From Rhodothermaceae bacterium (GTDB taxonomy: Bacteria; Bacteroidota; Rhodothermia; Rhodothermales; Bin80), in NCBI GenBank assembly GCA_009841335.1, contig VXLY01000028.1:3313-67312 (forward strand): a DNA stretch of 64,000 nucleotides. Direction: 5' to 3'. The translations under genes were made by a program, and so were the position numbers. Under the pieces are notes generated by a model. It was not told the DNA's origin, searched no databases, and saw only the letters and a program-made list of their open reading frames with translations. How positions within the stretch are numbered: the stretch's first letter is position 1; every line of letters starts with the position of its first letter. This document shows positions 36,790 through 45,842 of the stretch, piece by piece.

Positions 36790-38195
36790 AGTTTAGCCCA
36801 CTCTTACTGCTCCCGCTCCTCCTGGCGGCCTGCCGGCCAGCTCAGCCGAACGTAGTGCTGATTCTGATTGATGATCTGGGATGGATCGATACCGGCGTCT
36901 ACGGGAGCACATTCTATGAAACTCCCAATATCGATCGTCTGGCGGCATCGGGCATCCGATTTACGCAGTTTTACTCATCAGGCTCAGTCTGCTCGCCCAC
37001 GCGTGCCAGTATTATGACAGGAAAGCATCCGGCCAGGCTTCAGATCACCAACTGGATTGGAGGATCCGCGAACGGGCAAATTCTTCAGGCTGAGTACCGC
37101 CGTGCACTTCCACTCGAAGAAACCACGCTTGGAGAAATATTCGCACAGGCTGGATACAGTACTGCGTACATCGGCAAATGGCATTTGGGGACCGGCCTCT
37201 TTCGTCCTGACAATCAGGGATTTGAGGAGGTGTTCGCATCCAATGATGCTGGAGCACCTGGATCTTATTTCGCACCCTATATCAACTCGAATTTTCCGGC
37301 TTCAAATGTGCCCGGACTGGAAGCGGATGCGGACAGTACCTACTTGACCGATCGCCTAGCCGACCTTGCTGTAGACTATATTGAAACCAATCGTGAAACC
37401 CCGTTTCTCCTCGTACTCTCTCATTATAGTGTCCATACACCACTGCAGGCCAAAAAACAGGACATCGAACGCTTCAGGACAACCGAGACCGCTACGATGT
37501 TTGAAGAGGAGCAGTTTGGAGGCACAACTCGCCTTACGCAAGATCATGCAGTCTATGCGGCTATGGTCGCCTCGGTGGATAAGAGTGTGGGACGTGTGTT
37601 GCAGGCATTGGAAGCTGCTGAACTTCAGGATAACACCATTGTCGTGTTTACTTCTGACAACGGCGGGCTATCAACGCTCAGTCGAGGACGCGCCTGGGCA
37701 CCGACTTCTAATCAGCCATTCCGTGCAGGTAAGGGCTGGCTGTATGAGGGAGGAATTCGGATACCTCTCATCGTGAGTGGAGCACAACGTGATCCGACAA
37801 TCTTGGATGTGCCTGGTACAACGGATGATCTGGTACCGACCATAACTTCATTGGCGGGCCTGCCTGATCCTGTTGATGTTGATGGTCTTGACTTATTTGC
37901 AGAACCGGCACCCGAAAGAGAACTTTACTGGCATTTTCCCCACTACCACGGCTCCGCCAATCGTCCGTCTGGAGCCGTGCGCCAAGGGCGATACAAGGCT
38001 ATCGAATGGTTCGAGACGAACTCAGCAGAACTCTACGACCTAGAATCAGATCCAGGCGAAACCACCGATATCAGTACTTTCGAACCCGCCAAGACCCAGG
38101 AACTCTTGCGTAAAATGCAATCCTGGCGGGACGAGGTCGGTGCACGTATGCCCAGTCCTAATCCTGACTATTCTGCCCCACCAAGCGATAGCTGA
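36786..38195 (+). CDS. sulfatase (S1 family), lipoprotein
   Basis: Lipobox LLLAAC. Formylglycine motif CSPTRASIMTGKHPAR, with GKWHLG and FTSDNGG. Confidence 0.9.
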   Translation: MKFSPLLLLPLLLAACRPAQPNVVLILIDDLGWIDTGVYGSTFYETPNIDRLAASGIRFTQFYSSGSVCSPTRASIMTGKHPARLQITNWIGGSANGQILQAEYRRALPLEETTLGEIFAQAGYSTAYIGKWHLGTGLFRPDNQGFEEVFASNDAGAPGSYFAPYINSNFPASNVPGLEADADSTYLTDRLADLAVDYIETNRETPFLLVLSHYSVHTPLQAKKQDIERFRTTETATMFEEEQFGGTTRLTQDHAVYAAMVASVDKSVGRVLQALEAAELQDNTIVVFTSDNGGLSTLSRGRAWAPTSNQPFRAGKGWLYEGGIRIPLIVSGAQRDPTILDVPGTTDDLVPTITSLAGLPDPVDVDGLDLFAEPAPERELYWHFPHYHGSANRPSGAVRQGRYKAIEWFETNSAELYDLESDPGETTDISTFEPAKTQELLRKMQSWRDEVGARMPSPNPDYSAPPSDS

Positions 38196-39666
38196 CAAAA
38201 GCAAAATGACGGCTATCTGGACTCCAGGATGGTACATTAATCGTCCCCTGTCCGCCAAACAAATGGGCGATTATTCTTGGATCTTCGGTTTCATCTGCGG
38301 GCATGATCCGTAATTTTACGTCCCTGTTCGGAGGGTGCCCCTCTACGGATTTATCGTAAGACAGAAATACAATCCAGCGACCGTCAGGAGACGGGTGTGG
38401 GAACCAGTCCCCAAATTCATCATGTTGCGTAACCTGGGTCTGATTACCGCCGTCCGCATCCATTCGCCAGATTTTCATTTGCCCCGTACGCACAGAGTTA
38501 AAATATATCGTCTGACCATCCGGTGAATATTCCGGCCCATCATCAAGGCCCTCTGCATCCGTCAACCTGACCTCCTCTCCCCCGTCCCGTCCAATTGCAT
38601 AAACGTCAAAATTATCACCACGACGGGCGCAGTAAACAAGCTTCTGCCCATCCGGTGACCAGCCATGCCAGTAGGAGGGACCAAGTTCAGTCACCAATCG
38701 GGGTTCTCCGCCCGTAGCGGGCATGATATAGATCAATGATCCTTTGTCTTCCGTGTTGTGGCTGATAGCGAGCTCTGTACCATCAGGGGAGTACCCATGG
38801 TCGTTGTTGCATCGATCAGCAAACTGCGTGTCAAGCATTACGGCTTCACCCCCGATAGAAGGCATATGATACAGGCGTCCACCACTGTTATAGAGCAGTG
38901 TCAGCGAATCCGGTGACCAGTTGGGAGCTTCGAAATGCTCCTGAGCCTGACGGATAACCTGGCGTTCACCAGTCTGGCTGTCAATGATCTCGAGGGTGCT
39001 CTCTACTACCCGCTCCTCAGTCACAATCTTCTCCTGCAAATGAACATTGGTGAAAATTGCCGTCTCCCGAACTTCTGCATCATGAGCACAAACAACGAGA
39101 CCTGCATAGGCCGAATCAGGCAGCTCCACCGTAATGTTTCCCACAACCGTTGTTCGCTCCCCCGGTCTGTCCAGATAGAGTGTGAACAGGTTTTCTGTAC
39201 GTTCAAGTCGAAGAGAGGCAGGGGCGCGAACGGGGGTCGTCACCTCGCGGGTCAGACCTCCTGTTTCTGAGCGCCATTGCAGTGCGATAAGCCCATCTGC
39301 ATGAATCAGGGCGTCCACATAAGCAGCATCTGCATCCAAACTCTCTCGAACCATCCACCCCGCCTTGCGATACTGATGGCCCGTGGTATCTTCAAATTCA
39401 ACATCTGCCTGTAGCACCAGATCACCGGCTACCTCCTTCCAGACGAAGAAGAATTCGTCGCTGGCTCCATAGATATCCGCTCCACTACCGGTAACAATGT
39501 ACGTATTCGTAAACCGCTCAAACAACATACCTCCCCCCAGCGGGGCGTCACCCACATTGGTAGTTCCTTCAAAAATCCCCAGCGGATCGGATGTTGTACA
39601 GGACATCGGAAAAGTAATCGCAACTAACACGAACCAACTAAGTCTATGCGGTATGTAGTAACTCAT
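38158..39666 (-). CDS. TolB-like WD40/PD40 beta-propeller protein with N-terminal concanavalin/LamG-like domain
   Basis: Repeated PD40-type motifs (WSPDS, YSPDGTELA, WSPDGQKLVY, YSPDGQTIYF, PSPDGRWIVF, WSPDSRHFAF). The likely start is the Met at 39666 (MSYYIPHRLSWFVLVAITFPMSC); the ORF extends to 39774. The 3' end overlaps the convergent sulfatase by 38 nt. Confidence 0.7.
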   Translation of the reverse strand: MSYYIPHRLSWFVLVAITFPMSCTTSDPLGIFEGTTNVGDAPLGGGMLFERFTNTYIVTGSGADIYGASDEFFFVWKEVAGDLVLQADVEFEDTTGHQYRKAGWMVRESLDADAAYVDALIHADGLIALQWRSETGGLTREVTTPVRAPASLRLERTENLFTLYLDRPGERTTVVGNITVELPDSAYAGLVVCAHDAEVRETAIFTNVHLQEKIVTEERVVESTLEIIDSQTGERQVIRQAQEHFEAPNWSPDSLTLLYNSGGRLYHMPSIGGEAVMLDTQFADRCNNDHGYSPDGTELAISHNTEDKGSLIYIMPATGGEPRLVTELGPSYWHGWSPDGQKLVYCARRGDNFDVYAIGRDGGEEVRLTDAEGLDDGPEYSPDGQTIYFNSVRTGQMKIWRMDADGGNQTQVTQHDEFGDWFPHPSPDGRWIVFLSYDKSVEGHPPNRDVKLRIMPADETEDPRIIAHLFGGQGTINVPSWSPDSRHFAFVSYRLVGQNSQD

Positions 39667-40159
39667 CGGAAATTTTAAAAGATGACCATAACTGAAAGGT
39701 AAACCTGCGCTACGAGAAAACATAATCACGGAGGTTGTCTTGCTTCCATTTCCTTGGCACGCATTCCTGAACAATCACACCGGATAACTCTTGGGATCAG
39801 GGATTAAAACACGCCCCTTGCGAAAGATTTTCAGAAGCGGTCTGATTATATGCACTACGAAAATGAAAATGTTTCGAAGAAAAGTTCTATCACCGCCTAA
39901 TATGCCCTTGACCTCTGGTCAGCAAAAGGGACTAAGGCTGGGTACCATCAACCTACCGACGGGAGTATTGCTACATCAAGTAGCCACGGGATCAAACGAC
40001 AACTCGTTGTCCCTTGAGTCGTTTTCCCTCAACTCTCCCATCAGTGGCCTAATCATCTAGTGTATCCCGAATCCTACTAGCCAACCCTCGGTGCTTCTTA
40101 CCTAGCTTCTTGAGTCCTCGTGAGAATTCACGAGTTTCCTTTATCGTCCGTCGACTCAT

Positions 40160-40591
40160 TCATTGAGTTATGTAGTGATTTATTAATGTTTTGATCATTT
40201 TGTTGAATTCTTCATCTACCGCCAATTCCCAAACCTCTGCAACATCTTCAATCTCATTTGCAAGATCTACCAGTTTGTCATATATCTTTTGTTTCCAAAG
40301 CACACTTTCAGGAAGAGACCTAACCGATTCGATGAGCTGATCAATTTTATTGACCAGTACAAACAGCATGATCGATGACTCCTTAAGGAATTTGCGATCT
40401 ACGTCAGAAAGTGGCTCCTCCATCTCGTCCACAAAATCAGAGAATCTTTCCAGAGAGATCAAATATTCATCTATGAATTGAGAATCGGGCTCTGGTATTT
40501 CTTCCGGAAATTCCAGAAACTCTGGAACAACCGCCGCTTCAAGATGACACCTTAACTGGCCATTGACAGCGTCAATTTGAGATGGTGACAT
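40160..40591 (-). CDS. acidic hypothetical protein encoded in an AT-rich stretch
   Basis: ORF 40160..40798; an internal Met at 40591 (MSPSQIDAVNGQ...) avoids overlap with the upstream NIF3-like gene. The protein is very Glu/Asp-rich (FLEFPEEIPEPDSQFIDEYLISLERFSDFVDEMEEPLSDVD). I recognise no motif. The first 120 nt counted by hand are about 34% GC, well below neighbouring genes. Confidence 0.4.
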   Translation of the reverse strand: MSPSQIDAVNGQLRCHLEAAVVPEFLEFPEEIPEPDSQFIDEYLISLERFSDFVDEMEEPLSDVDRKFLKESSIMLFVLVNKIDQLIESVRSLPESVLWKQKIYDKLVDLANEIEDVAEVWELAVDEEFNKMIKTLINHYITQ

Positions 40592-40754
40592 AGTTCCAGC
40601 CAAAATCGATTTAGCCCCTCCCGGCATTTGGTTAGTGAATGCTCCCTGCGAAAACACGCCCCAATCCGGTCTGTCCCCACGAAAGCCGGAATGAAGCGTA
40701 CGCGCAACTAAGTATATAATTCTAGAAAAATACAGTCCAAATGGATCTCCCCTA

Positions 40755-41609
40755 CTACACAAAATAGAATGGATCCCCGCTTTCCTGGTGCACCACAATA
40801 ATACCAGGCAGCCTGGGCTTCAACCATTCAGCAAGCCACTCCATACCCGGCTCTTCACTCAGTGCATGCCCAATTACAATCAAGCCTACTTGCCTGTCTC
40901 CCTGCCAGTTCGCGTCACGAACATACTCGGTCGTTTCCCATTCTCGAACTTCACCTACGACAAGAACATCAACCTCAGACAGCGTCTCAATTTGACGCTG
41001 TCCGCCTACCGCTCCAACTAAAAGGCCTACCCGACTGCAAGGCATACCCGCACTTCCCATAACACGGACCCGCTGCGCACCAAAGCGATCTTTCATGAAT
41101 CGCGAAAGCTCGCCTAGCGGTACGGGAGGGATCTGGCATATCTGGGGTTGATCCGGTTGTGCATACGCTTCCCAACCAAGACGCTTAAGAACCCCCGTCG
41201 CTACGCCATCCGGCTCGTGAGCATGCCAGTAGTCGTGAAAACGCCACACCACAATTCCGTTGTCTTCCAGCGTCTTTCGCTTCTTCTGGTAAACCGGATT
41301 GTTTTCGAGCCACGAGGTTTCATCCAAATGATTATAGTAGGTAGGTTCATGCGTGATGATGAGATTCACTCCGTGACGCGCAGCATAATCAATGGTTCGT
41401 TGTGTAGCCAAAAAGGTTGTGAGCACAGCCCGTACCGGCTGCGTTACGTCTCCCGATTTAACCGTGTCAACCGTTGGTTCCCACGGGGCACCAGGAATCT
41501 CCTCCATGATCAGATTGATGACATCCTGGATTGTGGGAATCCTTTTATGCAAGCCTGCCAAAAGGACACTTCCCCCGGACTGCGCAAGAAATGCTCTTCG
41601 TGTAACCAT
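40755..41609 (-). CDS. NIF3-like dinuclear-metal-centre protein (YbgI/DUF34 family) with Tat-like N-terminus
   Basis: GVNLIITHEPTYYNH corresponds to the family HHP motif region. The C-terminal part reads VDVLVVGEVREWETTEYVRD...LIVIGHALSEEPGMEWL. The N-terminus is MVTRRAFLAQSGGSVLLAGL. Confidence 0.7.
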   Translation of the reverse strand: MVTRRAFLAQSGGSVLLAGLHKRIPTIQDVINLIMEEIPGAPWEPTVDTVKSGDVTQPVRAVLTTFLATQRTIDYAARHGVNLIITHEPTYYNHLDETSWLENNPVYQKKRKTLEDNGIVVWRFHDYWHAHEPDGVATGVLKRLGWEAYAQPDQPQICQIPPVPLGELSRFMKDRFGAQRVRVMGSAGMPCSRVGLLVGAVGGQRQIETLSEVDVLVVGEVREWETTEYVRDANWQGDRQVGLIVIGHALSEEPGMEWLAEWLKPRLPGIIVVHQESGDPFYFV

Positions 41610-41708
41610 GAATTAATCTGCCTATGATGCTGTTAAAGATAACATAGACGCTCGCGACGGCGCATTGATTATCTTATACTCCTCTACTCAACCAAGCGCC
41701 TTGTTACT

Positions 41709-43109
41709 ATGCTGCGTGCAATTTTGCTCACACTCCTTACGTTCGGACTTACAGCCACCAGCTTTGGTCAGGAATGGAAGTTTCTCGTTGAAGGGGACGA
41801 CCTCTCCGAATGGGAGCGACTGGGAGGAGAAGCAACCTATACGGCCTCTAACGGCGAGGTTATCGGTACTACGGTTGCTAATACCCCAAATACGTTTTTA
41901 GCCACAAAACGACCCTACGGCGATTTTGCCCTCAATCTTGAAGTACGGGTAGACCCCGCAATCAATTCCGGTATTCAGATTCGGAGTGAATCCAAACCGG
42001 ATTACTTGAATGGCAGGGTGCACGGATATCAGATTGAGATAGATCCCAGCGCTCGCGCCTGGAGTGGAGGAGTCTACGACGAGGCCCGCAGAGGCTGGTT
42101 GTATCCCCTGTCTGCGAATGAAGATTGCCGCGTGGCCTTCAACCCCAACGGCTGGAATCATTATTACATAGAAGCGATCGGACCATCAATCCGCACTTGG
42201 GTTAACGATGTAGCCTGTGCTGCCCTTTACGATGAAATGACAGCCTCTGGCTTCATTGCACTTCAGGTACATAGCGTACCTGGGGAAGATCTGGCTAACC
42301 GCAATGTTCGCTGGCGCAACATCCGGGTTTGGGAGGAAAATGTAACCCCGCGTGAGTGGACCAGCCAGTATGTCATCAATCTCGTTCCCAACTCGCTCAG
42401 CCAGCAGGAAATCGCTCAGGGATTCTCCCTTCTCTTTGATGGAAAAACTACCCAGGGCTGGCGTGGGGCAGGCAAGGAGTCTTTCCCCGAAAAAGGATGG
42501 CGCGTTGAGGACGGAATACTTATGGTTGAATCCTCTGGAGGAGCTGAGGCGGCTTATGGTGGAGATATCGTGACCGTAGATGAATATTCGACTTTCGAAT
42601 TCAGCCTGGACTTCAAACTCACGGAGGGAGCGAACAGTGGTATTAAATACTTTATAACGGAGTCCTACGGCAGCGACGCATCAGCCATCGGGCTGGAATA
42701 CCAATTACTGGATGATGACCGTCATCCCGATGCAACTCAAGGCGCAGCCGGCAACCGGACTGTAGGATCGCTCTATGACCTTGTCCCTGCAGACAAGGGA
42801 AAAACTGTTCGAGAACCAGGTCAGTGGAATCGTGCCCGTATCGTCGTAACTGGCAAGCGGTTGGACGAGCGTGTCTTAGGCAGCCGCATGGAGCACTCTG
42901 AGTTCTCTGGGGCACATGTTGAGCATTGGCTCAACGATCGCAAGGTGCTGGAATATGAGCGCGGCACTCCTGTCTTTGACGCACTGGTAGCCCGCAGCAA
43001 GTACGTTGTATGGGAAGGGTTTGGACACTGGCCTCAAGGCCATATTCTACTGCAGGATCATGGCGACGAGGTACATTTTCGCAGTATCAAGGTCCGGCGG
43101 ATTGATTAG
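41709..43109 (+). CDS. tandem DUF1080 (3-keto-disaccharide hydrolase-like, concanavalin-type) domain protein
   Basis: Signal peptide MLRAILLTLLTFGLTATSFGQ. Two repeats each contain a GW..Y..G.L motif, NSGI(Q/K) and end with a RNIR/FRSIKV strand (VRWRNIRVWE; VHFRSIKVRRI), as in DUF1080 proteins. Confidence 0.75.
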   Translation: MLRAILLTLLTFGLTATSFGQEWKFLVEGDDLSEWERLGGEATYTASNGEVIGTTVANTPNTFLATKRPYGDFALNLEVRVDPAINSGIQIRSESKPDYLNGRVHGYQIEIDPSARAWSGGVYDEARRGWLYPLSANEDCRVAFNPNGWNHYYIEAIGPSIRTWVNDVACAALYDEMTASGFIALQVHSVPGEDLANRNVRWRNIRVWEENVTPREWTSQYVINLVPNSLSQQEIAQGFSLLFDGKTTQGWRGAGKESFPEKGWRVEDGILMVESSGGAEAAYGGDIVTVDEYSTFEFSLDFKLTEGANSGIKYFITESYGSDASAIGLEYQLLDDDRHPDATQGAAGNRTVGSLYDLVPADKGKTVREPGQWNRARIVVTGKRLDERVLGSRMEHSEFSGAHVEHWLNDRKVLEYERGTPVFDALVARSKYVVWEGFGHWPQGHILLQDHGDEVHFRSIKVRRID

Positions 43110-44529
43110 GCTGAAACGTTTCTGTCTGCACACTGGCCGCAGACACTTCGCGAATTGAGCAGTCTGCTGGCAAACGGCTCATTGCTCTGGCCTGAATCAG
43201 CAGGTTTCCGAGTGCCGTCGCCTCGGAAGGACCCGCAATGACTGGTACGCCGCAGCGGTCTGCCGTCCATTGATTGAGCAATCTGTTGCGGCTCCCTCCA
43301 CCGACGACATGCAGACAATCGAAACGCTTCCCCCGCAAAGTTGAGAGTGACTCAAGCGTGGCACGAGATGCTTCAGCCAGACTTTCCAATATGAGTCGTA
43401 CGATGCCCCCGCGTTCTTGTACTTCAGGCTGCCCGTGCTCTCTGCACCAAGCAGCAATGCGCTGGGGCATATTTCCTGGCGTGGCAAATCTCGGGTCATT
43501 GAAGTCAATAGTGAACACAGGAGGCTCTGCCCTGCTTGCCTCATCAAGCAGTCCGGTGTAGTCGAAGTTCATTCCTGCCTCCCGCCAGACACGCTCACAT
43601 TCCTGCAGCACCCAGAGTCCAGTCAGGTTTTTCAGGAATCGAATAGTCCCTCCATACCCTACCTCGTTTGTAAAACCAGCTTCCATTGCAGCGGGGGTGC
43701 AGATTGGTGTGGAGATTTCTGCACCAAGAAGCGACCAGGTCCCACTACTGAGAAAAGCCCAGGATGAACCCTCATCCGCTGGAATCGCCGCAACTGCACA
43801 AGCCGTATCGTGCGAACAGCTAGCAATAACAGCCACGTTGGGATTGTCTGGTACAGGACCAAGTACCGTGCCCGATGGAACGACCCGCGGCCATGTAACT
43901 GGATCAATCTGTAAAGCCTGCATCGCCTCAATAGACCATGAACGCGAGTTCGCACTCAGCAGCTGCGTCGTGCTTGCCAAGGATGCCTCTGCTACGGGGC
44001 GATCACAAAAGCGCCAGTTCATGTAGTCGGCAATAAGTAGCCTACAACACGTAGCGGAATAGCTCTGAGAGGTCATCTGCTCATCCGCCAGAACTTGAAA
44101 CAGCGTGTTGATGGGATGTGAAGCCACACCTGTCATGCCGTACAAATCCTCCCGCGCAATTCGTTGCCAGGCAAGTGCTTCCCCCAAAGCTGACCTCGGA
44201 TCCCTGTAGGCATGTGCACGCCGCAGAGGCTGCATTGCACTGTCCATGGGTACGTAATCAACACCCCACGAGTCAACACTCAGGCTACACAAATCAGGAG
44301 CCTTCTCAAGAGCAATCGCCAACCCCTCCTGCATAGAGCTCCACACCGTATCCAGATCCCAATAGAGCCGCTCTTCCTCGACTTCGATTGGCGTGGCCCA
44401 ACGATGCACTTCCTGCATTTCCATACGACTTCCGTCAAACCTGCCTATTACTGCGCGACCGCTAGACGCACCCAAGTCAATAGCTAGATGTACAGATTTC
44501 GGCATATGTGTCATCTTTTTGGTTAGCAA
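43087..44529 (-). CDS. rhaB: rhamnulokinase-like FGGY carbohydrate kinase
   Basis: LAIDLGASSGRAVIGRFDGSRMEMQEVHRWATPIEVEEERLYWDL matches the rhamnulokinase N-terminal pattern (AvDlGASSGRvi.g......l.l.EvhRF.N......g...WD). FGGY C-terminal region VVGGGSRNRLLNQWTADRCGVPVIAGPSEATALGN. Confidence 0.7.
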   Translation of the reverse strand: MLTKKMTHMPKSVHLAIDLGASSGRAVIGRFDGSRMEMQEVHRWATPIEVEEERLYWDLDTVWSSMQEGLAIALEKAPDLCSLSVDSWGVDYVPMDSAMQPLRRAHAYRDPRSALGEALAWQRIAREDLYGMTGVASHPINTLFQVLADEQMTSQSYSATCCRLLIADYMNWRFCDRPVAEASLASTTQLLSANSRSWSIEAMQALQIDPVTWPRVVPSGTVLGPVPDNPNVAVIASCSHDTACAVAAIPADEGSSWAFLSSGTWSLLGAEISTPICTPAAMEAGFTNEVGYGGTIRFLKNLTGLWVLQECERVWREAGMNFDYTGLLDEASRAEPPVFTIDFNDPRFATPGNMPQRIAAWCREHGQPEVQERGGIVRLILESLAEASRATLESLSTLRGKRFDCLHVVGGGSRNRLLNQWTADRCGVPVIAGPSEATALGNLLIQARAMSRLPADCSIREVSAASVQTETFQPNQSAGP

Positions 44530-44535
44530 CGCGCA

Positions 44536-45294
44536 TCAACCACAAATCCAACCATCCAGGTTTGCGTCCAGTCTAGTCTCGTATGCACAGTGATGATGCG
44601 ATACCCCGTTTGGATAGACTTTTCGAAGTTCAGTACAGTTTGCAAAAGGTCCACATCCCGCCGTACTGTCCGTAAGAAAATTTGGATAGAGCGCAGATGT
44701 AATCTCCATTTCAAATGTATCACACGCATTGATTTTTTCTGCGAGGGAGTCCTTCTCTTTGGGGTCAATCGATAGTTGATAAGCTTTACGCACCTCTATG
44801 ATCTGTCGCGCAAACCAGCACTGATTATGACGTGGCCACCACTGCCCAGCATCCTGTCCTCCCTTGCTTCGATTGATTGAGCTGTTTACCAAAACCAGAT
44901 TGAGTGTGTCGTTGGCAAATTGCGCGCGAATATCCCCGTCTATGGTATCACCGCACAACCCGCTGGCATGAGCTTCTCGTATTCCCACGATGTGTTCTAA
45001 GTCTACAGAGTCTCTCGACCCGTACCAGCGCAACTCATAAGGATCATATATGCCACCATACCTCAGAATCAATCTGTTTTCGAGAGATTGGGAATGCGGA
45101 TAATCGCCGCGATCATAAGCACATTGTTGCAGTTCAGGTGCGACTCTGAGGCCATCCAATGCCCTAAGAACCCTGTCACGGGAAGATTCTGTAGTCGATT
45201 CTTTTGCGTAGTTGGTTGTCATGGTTGGTGCACATCCTTGCGATACCAAGACAGTAAGTAGACCAAAAACAAGACCCGCTCTTACGTTGGCCAT
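44536..45294 (-). CDS. secreted DUF1524/HNH-type nuclease-like lipoprotein with C-terminal excalibur-like Ca-binding motif
   Basis: Lipobox LVSQGC. DLEHIVGIREAHASG, FANDTLNLVLVNSSINRSKGGQDAGQWWP and CWFARQIIEVRKAYQLSIDPKEKDSL match the conserved DUF1524 (GmrSD C-terminal) core. The tail NCTELRKVYPNGV...LDANLDGWICG resembles excalibur domains. Confidence 0.7.
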   Translation of the reverse strand: MANVRAGLVFGLLTVLVSQGCAPTMTTNYAKESTTESSRDRVLRALDGLRVAPELQQCAYDRGDYPHSQSLENRLILRYGGIYDPYELRWYGSRDSVDLEHIVGIREAHASGLCGDTIDGDIRAQFANDTLNLVLVNSSINRSKGGQDAGQWWPRHNQCWFARQIIEVRKAYQLSIDPKEKDSLAEKINACDTFEMEITSALYPNFLTDSTAGCGPFANCTELRKVYPNGVSHHHCAYETRLDANLDGWICG

Positions 45295-45842
45295 GTCTTC
45301 ATGCCGTCATTGAAGAATTCTCTATCGCCTTAAACTATGGCTGATCAGCTTAACTGCGGTTTCTTCGCAGGCAACTCACCAGATTGATATGTGTCTGGCA
45401 AACAATGATTGGGTATAGCGAACTTCCCTCTATGCAATCATTGGACATGCAGAACACCTGTTCAAGACAGTTGATAGCCTGTATGATTCCCCGGCACAGT
45501 TGGACTCTCCATAGCTTGGAAGAGCTTATAAGGGTCTACATTGACGCAATTTACATCAGAACGTACAGCTTAGCTTGTGAAGAGCGACTTGGCGGATTAG
45601 ACGGCTAGTCAGTCTGGTATTCGCGTATTGTTGACCCTGGAGATTGTGCAAAGCCAGAGGAGCTATGTAGATATTGCAGTTCTCGCCGAAGCGACTTGTT
45701 TTTGGGGTCATAGCCTTGGACACTCGTGACAGGGCTGTGTAGGAGGGGGTAACTCCAAAGACACAGGATTGAATTATTCTTGGATTCGACGTTTTTAAGG
45801 GAGCTTTCATGTCTGTTGACGACGGGACACATAATTAATCCC

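Noticed and set aside
40049-40159. Calling an intact RelE/ParE toxin-antitoxin system
   Set aside because: Only 36 codons are open. Downstream frames contain multiple stops, and the C-terminal catalytic part of the toxin cannot be reconstructed. I report it only as a possible decayed fragment.
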